Of a stretch of 64,000 bases of DNA, positions 51,603 through 60,675 are shown one piece after another. Location: the NCBI GenBank assembly GCA_963718575.1, contig OY970358.1, positions 450,172 to 514,171 on the forward strand. The letters run 5' to 3'. The stretch comes from an uncultured bacterium. GTDB taxonomy: Bacteria > Patescibacteriota > Minisyncoccia > UBA6257 > 2-01-FULL-56-20. Position numbers and translations under genes: made by a program. Numbering within the stretch: position 1 is the stretch's first letter; every line of letters starts with the position of its first letter. The notes under the pieces are model-generated. The model worked only from the letters and a program-made list of their open reading frames with translations. It ran no database searches and was not told where the DNA came from.

Positions 51603-52655
51603 CTATCGGTCGTGTGGATTCCTGAGATCAAGCGTCCCGTCATCATGGCGGGAAAGCGATGCTTTTCTTTTTTCCTTCGGAACATGCCCGTATCTTTGCA
51701 ATTCGTGCGCAAGCATGTTCCTCACGGCACGCCTTAAGAGATACATACAGGCCATGGCGGCGATAAGGATGCCGAATCCCACCTCTAATAACTGATCAAT
51801 GGGCAGAACCCAGAATCCGATCGTCCGGGTGATGCTTTTTGTTCCATTTTCACCATACCCGAGGCTGAGAACCGCAGTATAAGGCCCGATATCCAGCAGA
51901 CTTGGCTGGCCCTGCCACTCGACATCGAATTCCCGGCTGCTTGACGGGAGGACATACCCAAGCGTCCCCGTCCCGTTGATGGGAATCTCCCCGCGTTCCT
52001 TACCGAAGGCATTGTATATCTGGATCATGCCCGACGGACGGATATGTACATTGCCGGTATTCTGCACATTGACCGAAAAATGCACATCGGGCGTCTGATA
52101 GGAGGGATGGTCGGTCGAAAAATCATGTATCTGTGCCGACTCGATGATATTTCCCGAGACCCGGACGAAGATGAGCGCGGAAATAAAACTGCTCACGCCG
52201 ACCTGGGATTGTCCGGATGGTCCGCTTAACCCTCCTGTCCCGATGAGGATCGCGCCGTAGTGTCCGCCGGGAGATGCGTCGGCGGGCACGGAGATCGAAA
52301 AGGGAACGTCCGCCGTGCCGCCCGCCGGCACATTGACCGATGAACCCGAGACGGTGATCCAATTGGCGAGCGCATCGTCATCACCTGCGAGCGCTGAGAG
52401 CGGAATGAAACTTCCGTGTCCCAGATCGTCCGACGCTTCGAATCCCATGGCTATCGCATGGACCTGCAGGTCGGTCGCATTCGTATTCACCACCCTGATC
52501 GAACTCGACCATATATCCCCGGGATCCACATTCAATTCAAAAAACGGGGGGGTGATCGTGAGCGATGTCGAATCCGCCGTTTGCGCGCGGGATGTCATCG
52601 GCAACAATATCGCCATGGCGACGGCAATGATAAAAAGTTTGCTGATCTTATTCAT
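51603..52655 (-). CDS. DUF916/DUF3324-like protein, C-terminal TM
   Basis: ITPPFFEL..DPG, LANWI, VPADASPGGHYGAI, NTGNVHIRP.G. Confidence 0.78.
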   Translation of the reverse strand: MNKISKLFIIAVAMAILLPMTSRAQTADSTSLTITPPFFELNVDPGDIWSSSIRVVNTNATDLQVHAIAMGFEASDDLGHGSFIPLSALAGDDDALANWITVSGSSVNVPAGGTADVPFSISVPADASPGGHYGAILIGTGGLSGPSGQSQVGVSSFISALIFVRVSGNIIESAQIHDFSTDHPSYQTPDVHFSVNVQNTGNVHIRPSGMIQIYNAFGKERGEIPINGTGTLGYVLPSSSREFDVEWQGQPSLLDIGPYTAVLSLGYGENGTKSITRTIGFWVLPIDQLLEVGFGILIAAMACMYLLRRAVRNMLAHELQRYGHVPKEKRKASLSRHDDGTLDLRNPHDR

Positions 52656-53670
52656 GGGGATGGCGAAGGTCTATCGTTGTTTCGAAATTTTTCCTCTTGA
52701 GAAGATTTTCGATCGCGCGGCGGCGGCGATGATGGCGCTTCTCATATTCATGATGGAGCCAGATCGCGAACGCTATTGTCAGAATGAACAACGTCGTGAA
52801 TAGCACGAGTATTTTTTTCCACGGGAGCACCCAGACAAGCGCGGTGTCCTGGAGGTCGCTGTTCTCTCCGCCGTAAGAAAGATCAAGCACCGCCCTGTAC
52901 TGGCCGAGACCCTCCTGCCCCTGCCATGGCGCGGTGAACGATTGTTTCGCGCCGGGCGCAAGTGGAATATTTTCCGGGTTCGCGTCGATCGATCCAAGTT
53001 CGTGTCCAGACCGGTCGTAGAACGTCATCTGGCCGGAAGGGGTGGAGGAAACCTGCCCGTTATTCTCTATTATATAGGTGAACACTACCGGAAACCCCGT
53101 ATAAAAGCTCTTTACTGAGGAAAAAGCGTCGATACGCAGGCTCGCGGTAAGGCCGGATGCGACGGACATATCAATGAGCGTCTGCGGAGCTCCGTTCAGA
53201 TGTTGTTCCGCATCGTCGCGCGTGCCGCCCTCGACGAACGCAATCACCGCATGATAATCCCCCGCCGCGGCGTACGGGCTGATCTGTATCTCGACGGGAG
53301 TGGTGGTCGATTGTCCGGGCTGCAGCAATATGGCTCCGCGCGAGACACCGATCCACGCCGCGAGCAATGTGGCGCGGTCGTCCTGTGAGGGATTTGCAAA
53401 CACCTGCGTACCGCTCGCGGTGAGCTCGCACACCGTGGCAAAGATATTCTCCTGGACGTTCGAAGTATTCGTGATGGTGAGCGAGTAATTCAAAATATCG
53501 TTCGGCACACCGCTGCCGTCGATCACTGCGGGGAGCACGGTGACGGTGTCGGTGTCGGCGTGCGCGACGGGGGGCGTATGCAAGCCGAAGAAAAAAAGAA
53601 TCGCCGCGGCGACGACGGCCGCCGCCATCGTTCCTTCTGTTATTTTTTCATAAAAAAAAGTTTTTTTCAT
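52648..53670 (-). CDS. DUF916/DUF3324-like protein, C-terminal TM
   Basis: V.PAVID, LAAWI, AAAGDYHAVI, NNG...P.G, WVLPW + TM. Confidence 0.7.
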   Translation of the reverse strand: MKKTFFYEKITEGTMAAAVVAAAILFFFGLHTPPVAHADTDTVTVLPAVIDGSGVPNDILNYSLTITNTSNVQENIFATVCELTASGTQVFANPSQDDRATLLAAWIGVSRGAILLQPGQSTTTPVEIQISPYAAAGDYHAVIAFVEGGTRDDAEQHLNGAPQTLIDMSVASGLTASLRIDAFSSVKSFYTGFPVVFTYIIENNGQVSSTPSGQMTFYDRSGHELGSIDANPENIPLAPGAKQSFTAPWQGQEGLGQYRAVLDLSYGGENSDLQDTALVWVLPWKKILVLFTTLFILTIAFAIWLHHEYEKRHHRRRRAIENLLKRKNFETTIDLRHPHE

Positions 53671-55022
53671 CAGAATGAAGGGGCGACGACGTAAATAATA
53701 TTGTTCTGATATGCACCCGTGCCCTGTGTCGCCCCGATCTGTGCGCGATAGACCATATCCATCGTACTGCTTACCGCAGGAGACCCGCCATATCCGACCT
53801 CCGCGATCGTTGAAGTAAGCGCCGCGTAACTGTCATCGGCCGCGAAACGCACCGACCCTCCGGACAGCACCGGACTGCCGGCGTGATAGCCGTAACATCC
53901 CGCCGACGTGACGGTACATCCGCTCGACCATGCGACCGGACTCGCATTCGTTCCCGCAACGCCGGGCAGCTGATCGCCGCGCGCATCAGTAAGCTGCTGA
54001 TCCTGTTCGGCATATATCTCATACCCTTCCGCTGCATCCGTCGTGATCAAGAGCCGCTGCGCGGCGATCGTGCTCGTCCCGATAATAAGCGACCCGAAGG
54101 GAATGCCGGTAGCCGTCGTCGAAACGTTCGTCATGACGCCGTTCGTGCTCGTGCTCTGCGGAAGCCCGCTCACGGAAAAGGTCAGTGTCGCTCCCTGCAT
54201 GACCAGGCTCGGATAACTCGACGTGGCGCCGAGCGGGATCACCGTGCTATCGGCGGCAAGGATCGGACGGAAGAAGTAAGCGGTCCCGTTCGATGCGCCG
54301 GATGCCATGATGGTAAATTCATATTCCGTCGTCGCGCCGGCATTCTGCGTTGATGTCGACGTGCTTATGCCCGAAGTATTGTGCGTGCCGCATCCGTTGC
54401 CGACCCCTCCGCTGCACGCGTCGCTTGTCGAGAGCACCGCGGTCGAGATGACCTGATTGTCATTCCCGCCGGTGCTCGTTGCATAGCACCACGTCGAACT
54501 CGCGGTGCAAGCGCTCCCCGCTTCCGCCACAAGCCCGGGGGAAACCGTAAAATCTGACGACTGCGCAAATTGTAAACGAAACTTCAGGTTCGCGCTCCCC
54601 GTGATGCCGCTCATCTCTTTTATATTGAGCCGCAGTTTTATCACCTGCGCGTTCGCGATGTTCGAAGGCGCGACATTCTCCGCGGCAAGCGAACTGGTCG
54701 GCGTCTCGTCGTTCGCATCGCCGTACCATCGCCACGTCTGCGATACCGGTGCGAAGTCGCTCTCGTTCACCGGGCCGGTGTCGGCAGCGAAATCCGTACT
54801 TGCCGCGTTGCCGTTCATCATCGGCGCACCGCCCGAGATCACCTGGAAGTCAGTGGATGAGGCGTTCCCGCCGAACATCCCGACGAAACCATCCTGCACG
54901 ATGAAATCCGTGCTTGTCGCGGTGTCCGCAAATGAAAACACGAACGGTCCCGCGAAGAATGCGATGAGCGTTCCCGCGACCGCGGCGATGATCCATTTAT
55001 GGGGTGGTTTGATTTTGGCCAT
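53670..55022 (-). CDS. Surface protein with WxL-like C-terminal domain
   Basis: IPFGSL, QRL.ITTDA..GY, GAYQNNIIYVVAPSF; WRWY..N...LAAEN domain shared with 38840 protein. Confidence 0.72.
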   Translation of the reverse strand: MAKIKPPHKWIIAAVAGTLIAFFAGPFVFSFADTATSTDFIVQDGFVGMFGGNASSTDFQVISGGAPMMNGNAASTDFAADTGPVNESDFAPVSQTWRWYGDANDETPTSSLAAENVAPSNIANAQVIKLRLNIKEMSGITGSANLKFRLQFAQSSDFTVSPGLVAEAGSACTASSTWCYATSTGGNDNQVISTAVLSTSDACSGGVGNGCGTHNTSGISTSTSTQNAGATTEYEFTIMASGASNGTAYFFRPILAADSTVIPLGATSSYPSLVMQGATLTFSVSGLPQSTSTNGVMTNVSTTATGIPFGSLIIGTSTIAAQRLLITTDAAEGYEIYAEQDQQLTDARGDQLPGVAGTNASPVAWSSGCTVTSAGCYGYHAGSPVLSGGSVRFAADDSYAALTSTIAEVGYGGSPAVSSTMDMVYRAQIGATQGTGAYQNNIIYVVAPSF

Positions 55023-55458
55023 TGTTGATCGTCGTTACGATCGCGCTGTCGGAGCGGAGTGTTTCCCAGAAAAGCACCTGCGATATGGGGATCATCATTT
55101 CGTCGGTAGGACCATGGATCTCACTGCCGAGCTTAACCAACTTCAATGGTGACTGGTTCTGCGCGCTCAGATCCTGCCCGGGCTGTGAGAGTTCCAAATA
55201 ATAAACATCCCTCAAGGTGATGACCCCCTCGAACGGGACATCCCAAAAATGGCCGAAGTACACCTGATTGTTGGTGAGAAAGACCGCCTTCCATTGCGTT
55301 GCGCCATTCACCAGCCACCATCCGACAAGGACGATAATAATAGTGACCACCAGCCAGAGAAATATCTTTCCGCGGCGCGGACGGTATCTTTTATGCGATG
55401 CCCCGTCTGCCGATCCCTGATATTGTTCTTCCCCTTTTAAATTTATTGTTTCTCTCAT
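54997..55458 (-). CDS. Conserved membrane-anchored hypothetical protein
   Basis: TM then WKAVFLTNNQVYFG, L.DVYYL, LVKLG.EIHGP, FWE.L. Confidence 0.7.
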   Translation of the reverse strand: MRETINLKGEEQYQGSADGASHKRYRPRRGKIFLWLVVTIIIVLVGWWLVNGATQWKAVFLTNNQVYFGHFWDVPFEGVITLRDVYYLELSQPGQDLSAQNQSPLKLVKLGSEIHGPTDEMMIPISQVLFWETLRSDSAIVTTINNGQNQTTP

Positions 55459-55486
55459 TTTTTTATAGCATTATTCGCACCATTTC

Positions 55487-58264
55487 TTATTGCGTGGTCC
55501 CGGTCGAATCCGTTCCCGTCGCGTCCGTGATCACGTCTGCGGTTGTGTCCGAAGAAGAACTGTCTGTATCCGGCACGGCAATCGTTGTGTCGGTTGAGGT
55601 CGGAGCCGACACGCTACTATCAATATCGTCGGTCGTTCCGCTTGTTGCATCTGTTGAGCTGCTGTCATCATCAGAAGTCACGACCGTGGTTGTCGCTGCC
55701 CCGGTATCGGTTGTGGTTGCCGCTTGCATGTTGCCGTCAGTAGCATCACCACCTCCTCCACCGCTGGTATCTGCGGGGGGGGTATTTTGGTTCCATGAAA
55801 CATCGGCTCCTCCCACGTGATAACTTTGCACCATGACCCAGTCGAACGGGACGTCGTTCGCCTGCGGCACTGCGACACCCACGGAAAATCCGACGCCGTC
55901 CTGCTCGCTTATCACCACCAATGGTACGGCGGTGAGTGCAGTCGGCGTGATGAAAATTTTCGACGATGATGTCACTTGTGTATTGGATATGAAAACCGCC
56001 GAGGAGAGAGCGCCGAGCGTCGCAATGCCGGAAATCTGATCCGGGCCGGATGGCACTTTGATGTTTCCTCCGGGAAGTATCACCTCCGTCTTCACGAAAA
56101 GATTTTCCACGGCGATCATCGATGCCCGTATGAATGTCTGCACCGCATCGCCGATGTTCGCGAAGATGCCGAAAAAATTACGGAGGTCGTCCCCGATCGA
56201 GAAAGAAGACGAAGCGGTGCTTGTCGTACCAATAAGGTCCCCCGGTTCCCACCCGACATCCACGAATGCCAGAATGGAGCCCGTAGTGGTGCCTTCCGAC
56301 GGATCGGGGGTAAAACTTTGCATTGCGATGGCGACCACCCGGCCCGGTCCCGTCGCGCGCATGGCGATGCCGGGGATGTCCGACGACGTAAGATAGTCGC
56401 CGGCATTGATATCGCCGTTTTCGTTCGTCACATTGATGGGAACGCGGCCGGCGAGAGCAACAAGCTCCTGGACGCCCGATGGCGGATCCGAGTTGCCGAG
56501 CGTGGCACCCGGCTGCGTGGAGATGATGCCCATGAGAGTGTTGTCGTAGGGGCTTTCTGATTGCTTCACGCCGTCGCTGATAGAAGGGTCTAAACTTATC
56601 ACATCCCCCGCCGTGAGCTGCGTACCGGTCGCGGCATAATATACTTCCGCGACATCCGAACCGGCGCGGATTTCCTGCAGGGTGAGCTCCGCATAGCTAA
56701 GGTTCGAAACCGTGCCGGCGTAATCGGCACAGAGCCAGTAATTCTGCTTGGTTGTCGAGGCGGGAGCGTCCACCACGTTCAACGTCATATTGAAAATGCC
56801 CGGGATCGTGGTGCTTGCGCGATCGAACGTGCTTGTCACCACGCTGCCGACAAGGGAGGTGCATGTCGCCGTTTTATACACGCCGATGCCGACCGAACTG
56901 GTGGCCGCGGTCGTACTTGCCATGACGTTCGCCGTGATCCACACCTCCGAATTCAGGCTTGATGGCGTGATGCCTGCGGTAGTATCCGACGCCATGGCAA
57001 CCGTGAGCACTTTGTTCACGGAGGTGCTCGCGATCACGGTGAATCCCGTGCTTCCCCAGGAAAGATTGCCGTTGCCATCGGTAACAAGCGACTGCCCCGC
57101 CGTGCCGGTCGAGTTCGGTAATGTCAGCGTAAAACTTCTCGGCGTGCTCGTGCTCCCCTGAAGGGTCACGGTAGAGCTCGTGAGGGAATTATAGAAGAGG
57201 AGCTGGCCCTCCGTTGATGAGGAAACGCCCAATGCTTCCGGCCCCACCACCTGCAATTGCGTGGACGGGGAGGATGTGCCGATCCCGATATCGCCGTTGC
57301 TCATAACGGTGAAGATATTCGACGAGGTGGCAATATAAAAAAGCGAGTTTGAAATATTCGTCGTCGTGGCGATGGTCAGTTGTCCGGAAGAGGCCACCTC
57401 GAGCACCGTGGATGAATTATTTTCGAACTCCAGATAATCGCCGTTGTATGTTCCCGAGGTATTGATACCGATGAACGTCCCCGAGGCGACACCGTTCTTT
57501 ATCGGCAACTGCCCGAGCGATATGAGCGACGCGTTTGCGGATTGGGTCGGAGCCACCGCCATCTGCAACATGTTCGCCGACACCATGCCGGCGACCCGGA
57601 ACGTGGATGAAGTGATATAGTTGTTCGCCGAAAAGAATTGTATCGCACCGGTGCCGGCACCTCCCTGCAATGTCAGCGTGTTGGTGCCGGTCGCGTTGAT
57701 CTCCGGATTCACGCCCGCGAGCGTGAGCGTGTCGGACGCGATCACGGGGATCATCGTGCCCGATGCATTTGTGGAAGCGCTGTATCCATCCACGGAATAC
57801 GAATTGATCGCATACCCCGACGCGACCACCCTCTCGCGCGGAGAGAGCGTTTCGAATACCTCGCTTCCGCCCGTGCACGTCGGGTCCACGAGCGTGGCGA
57901 CCTGGACATTCAAATAGACCGTGTTGCTATCCTGAAAATCATATGTCAGCGCGTCGCCGCCCGCACTCGTATCGCCCACGCCGATATCAAAGACCCCGTT
58001 TGCCACCGTGGCGCTCATGATCAATGCGGTCGCGGCGGGCCACACCTGCGACCCCCCGGACGACGCATTGAAAAGGGAAAATCGGAAACAATAGGTCGTA
58101 CCCGCGCCGCCCAAGAGATTGCCGCTCGAGCTTAAAAGCCTTCCCTGATAACTAAGGATTCTCGGGACGCCGGCCGTTTGGGCAAAAGCAAGATGTGCCC
58201 ACGCCGCAGAAAGAAGGATGACGGCGAGGGAAAGGATAATTCCGATAGTATGCTTTAGTTTCAT
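55487..58264 (-). CDS. Secreted tail-fibre-like protein with Peptidase_G2-type autocleaving chaperone domain
   Basis: LSYQGRL..FRFSLF..W..NGVF N-domain; GDIGIGTSSP; SDVAEVY..GDVI..GIISTQPG..VALAGRVP.NVT.ENG.I.AGD.LTSS..PG.AM. Confidence 0.75.
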   Translation of the reverse strand: MKLKHTIGIILSLAVILLSAAWAHLAFAQTAGVPRILSYQGRLLSSSGNLLGGAGTTYCFRFSLFNASSGGSQVWPAATALIMSATVANGVFDIGVGDTSAGGDALTYDFQDSNTVYLNVQVATLVDPTCTGGSEVFETLSPRERVVASGYAINSYSVDGYSASTNASGTMIPVIASDTLTLAGVNPEINATGTNTLTLQGGAGTGAIQFFSANNYITSSTFRVAGMVSANMLQMAVAPTQSANASLISLGQLPIKNGVASGTFIGINTSGTYNGDYLEFENNSSTVLEVASSGQLTIATTTNISNSLFYIATSSNIFTVMSNGDIGIGTSSPSTQLQVVGPEALGVSSSTEGQLLFYNSLTSSTVTLQGSTSTPRSFTLTLPNSTGTAGQSLVTDGNGNLSWGSTGFTVIASTSVNKVLTVAMASDTTAGITPSSLNSEVWITANVMASTTAATSSVGIGVYKTATCTSLVGSVVTSTFDRASTTIPGIFNMTLNVVDAPASTTKQNYWLCADYAGTVSNLSYAELTLQEIRAGSDVAEVYYAATGTQLTAGDVISLDPSISDGVKQSESPYDNTLMGIISTQPGATLGNSDPPSGVQELVALAGRVPINVTNENGDINAGDYLTSSDIPGIAMRATGPGRVVAIAMQSFTPDPSEGTTTGSILAFVDVGWEPGDLIGTTSTASSSFSIGDDLRNFFGIFANIGDAVQTFIRASMIAVENLFVKTEVILPGGNIKVPSGPDQISGIATLGALSSAVFISNTQVTSSSKIFITPTALTAVPLVVISEQDGVGFSVGVAVPQANDVPFDWVMVQSYHVGGADVSWNQNTPPADTSGGGGGDATDGNMQAATTTDTGAATTTVVTSDDDSSSTDATSGTTDDIDSSVSAPTSTDTTIAVPDTDSSSSDTTADVITDATGTDSTGTTQ

Positions 58265-58275
58265 TGCATATTCGC

Positions 58276-58650
58276 TCACTTGAGGATATTTGCGACAATG
58301 GCATATATCAGGAAGATGCACAGCATAAAAAGAAGTGCGATGGTGATATAGATGACCTTCCGCGCGAGGCGCAGGACCTCTTCTCCCGAGCTATGCGCCA
58401 TAAGCCAGCGGCGGACTTTATTCCTCATCCCCGATCCTGCGCCCGGCTTCGCGCCGCCGGATTTATTCTTTTCAAGATACTCTCCCAAAGCCTCTTCGGT
58501 CGTCACCCATGCAATATTCAAATAGATCTGCTTCCCCGAGAGCTTTCCTTTTCTGATAAGTTGCCCTAAATAATCCGGAGTATATCCGGATATTTTGGAA
58601 GCTTCCTTCAGGGTGATGTAACGAGTCCCTCCTTTTTTATTTTCGACCAT
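58276..58650 (-). CDS. HTH (excisionase/HTH_17-like) protein with C-terminal TM
   Basis: YITLKEASKISGYTPDYLGQLIRKGKL...W.TT; hydrophobic C-terminus. Confidence 0.78.
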   Translation of the reverse strand: MVENKKGGTRYITLKEASKISGYTPDYLGQLIRKGKLSGKQIYLNIAWVTTEEALGEYLEKNKSGGAKPGAGSGMRNKVRRWLMAHSSGEEVLRLARKVIYITIALLFMLCIFLIYAIVANILK

Positions 58651-58862
58651 AATCCTTTAAAACACTGCATTTCCCGCAATCTCGGGGGGCGATATTTCCC
58701 CAAACTCGACCGCCGAGATATCTGATTTCATTATACACGACTCTGATTTGACTGCTTGTGGATAAATAGTTTTTGTAAAAACCCAAGGGAGCGCATCCGC
58801 TGAAAGTAATGCACACAATTCTTCTTGCGGGAAGAATGCTCGTGTCTTACAATGAATCGTAT

Positions 58863-59333
58863 ATGGATAATATGTCGTTTTTTAGAAGACTCGCATCCGT
58901 CAGGTCGAATATGGAAGCTCCGGATATTAATATTGATCTCGCGAAGGCCACGTTACCGATTCCGGCTCCGCCGAAATCCGCCGAGCAAGATACCGACGGA
59001 CCCGTTGGGCAGCTTACGGTGGATATCTATCATACGCCCAACGATATCGTCGTTGAATCCGCGATAGCGGGGGCGCACCCCGAAGATATCAATGTTGTCG
59101 TGGCAACCGATTCGATATCAATAAAGGGCCTCCGGAGGCGCGATCCCGAATCCCCTGAGGCTGAATATCTGCACCAGGAATGCTATTGGGGTAAATTTAC
59201 CCGCTCCATCATCCTTCCGGAAGAAGTAGACCCGGAAAACGCATCTGTTAAGTTCAAGAACGGCATTCTTTCTGTGCGAATGCCAAAAACGAATCGCAAA
59301 AAGACCCGGAAATTGGAGGTTCGAATGGATTAA
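58863..59333 (+). CDS. Hsp20/alpha-crystallin family protein
   Basis: GQLTVDIY, QECYWGKFTRSIILP, FKNGILSVRMPK. Confidence 0.9.
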   Translation: MDNMSFFRRLASVRSNMEAPDINIDLAKATLPIPAPPKSAEQDTDGPVGQLTVDIYHTPNDIVVESAIAGAHPEDINVVVATDSISIKGLRRRDPESPEAEYLHQECYWGKFTRSIILPEEVDPENASVKFKNGILSVRMPKTNRKKTRKLEVRMD

Positions 59334-59359
59334 GGGAAGGGAGTCTTTTCGGCGAGACA

Positions 59360-59386
59360 AAAAAGCGGCTTTCGAGCCGCTTTTTT
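59360..59386. terminator. Bidirectional terminator
   Basis: AAAAAAGCGGCT-TTCG-AGCCGCTTTTTT. Confidence 0.8.
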
Positions 59387-59411
59387 ACTTATCTATTTTA
59401 TCCGGCTATCG

Positions 59412-60392
59412 CTATAACAGAAAGTGGACAATAAGCTGGAAGATCGCGAGTCCGGAGATCCCTATGATGGCCAGGTACGGGAGCATCGCAGCTGCCCAAT
59501 TCTTCTGTACCGGAGCCGCCGCAGGCGCCGTCGGCGTATATTCTTCGACACGCGTGTTCCCGGCCATATCTATGGCACGCACCGCGATGACATCGTTCAG
59601 ACTTTGATCCTGAATGAGATAGGGGCTTATCGCACGGATCCAGTTCCACTGATTCTGTGGGGTGTTCAGTTGTGAAGGCGGTACTTCAGCCACTTCATAA
59701 TGATCGATCCCCGTCTGCTTATCCACCGTCGAGAAGATGGCGAACCATTGGCCGTTGAAGAGCGACGGGTCATGATACACTCCCACAGTGAAAGGTTCGG
59801 GCGGCGTCGTGTCGTTCTGGATCGCCTCCTGCATCGCGTCCACTGAAACATAACTTCCTTTCAGCATTTGAGGAGTATAGGTTGCGGTTGCGGTCTGCAG
59901 CGCCGCGGGAGTTCCCAGTCCGTCGTTCAATATCGCCTGCGTGCTGCTGAGGAAAGAAAGATGCGCAGCCTGGAACAGTGTTGAGGTTGCTAGGGGAGTG
60001 GATGAGGTCGGGAATTTGAAATATATCGTGGCAAGCTGATTGCTCAAGCTCGGATCGCCGGCCACGCGCCCGCAATATCCGCCGGGCAATCCACCTACGA
60101 AAGAAATAACTCCGTATGATGAATATATCGTAGGCTGTTTTACCCACAGCGTGAGAATCGAATCGCCGTCACTTACGCCGACCGCCTGGAGTATATTGGC
60201 AGGATAAGCAAGGTCAACCTGAGCGGCGTTGATGCACTGACCCTGGTTGTCTAAGCGGACATTAACCGCGAACGTGACCCCCGGCGGATACTTTCCCGTC
60301 GCCGGATCCAGATAGATCTGGGCGGCATGAGCAAGTAAGGGAACCGCAAATATGGAAAGTATAAAACTGAAACCAGCCAGATATTTTTTCAT
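59412..60392 (-). CDS. Cohesin-domain protein with C-terminal TM
   Basis: IYLDP..G.TF.VNV.LD..INAA...L.Y...L....GDS..TLW...P..G.ISF.GG.PGG; DTTPPEPF, DKQTGIDHY. Confidence 0.8.
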   Translation of the reverse strand: MKKYLAGFSFILSIFAVPLLAHAAQIYLDPATGKYPPGVTFAVNVRLDNQGQCINAAQVDLAYPANILQAVGVSDGDSILTLWVKQPTIYSSYGVISFVGGLPGGYCGRVAGDPSLSNQLATIYFKFPTSSTPLATSTLFQAAHLSFLSSTQAILNDGLGTPAALQTATATYTPQMLKGSYVSVDAMQEAIQNDTTPPEPFTVGVYHDPSLFNGQWFAIFSTVDKQTGIDHYEVAEVPPSQLNTPQNQWNWIRAISPYLIQDQSLNDVIAVRAIDMAGNTRVEEYTPTAPAAAPVQKNWAAAMLPYLAIIGISGLAIFQLIVHFLL

Positions 60393-60438
60393 CTATAAAC
60401 ATAAGTATAGCACGGCAACTACGATATTTGAGAAAACG

Positions 60439-60510
60439 TCCGCCCGGTAGGATTCGAACCTACGACCAGTCGTGTATAAGACGACGGCTCTACCACTGAG
60501 CTACAGGCGG
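60439..60510 (-). tRNA. tRNA-Ile(TAT)
   Basis: CCGCCTG/CGGGCGG-A, GTCGT-CTTATAC-ACGAC, GGTTCGAATCC. Confidence 0.9.
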
Positions 60511-60540
60511 AAACTTATTAATCTTTGGAATCCAGCAGCC

Positions 60541-60675
60541 TGCACTGCTTTGAAGGGCGTCTCTCGGAGCCGCGAAGGCGGGTCCCGCCCAAGGGGCGGG
60601 CAAGCCAGGTTGCGCGTAAGCGCTCCGAGGCGCGAACCCCGTGGCTCAACGCCGCACCCACGAAGTAGCGCGGAC
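60541..60675. repeat. Diverged/expanded relative of the Y-shaped hairpin element
   Basis: TCTCGGA-GCCGC-GAAG-GCGG core, AACGCCG end, imperfect outer arms, extra hairpins. Confidence 0.5.

Noticed and set aside
55487-58650. Prophage (fibre + excisionase-like HTH)
   Set aside because: Fibre has a signal peptide, HTH has a TM, and there are no capsid, terminase or integrase genes adjacent
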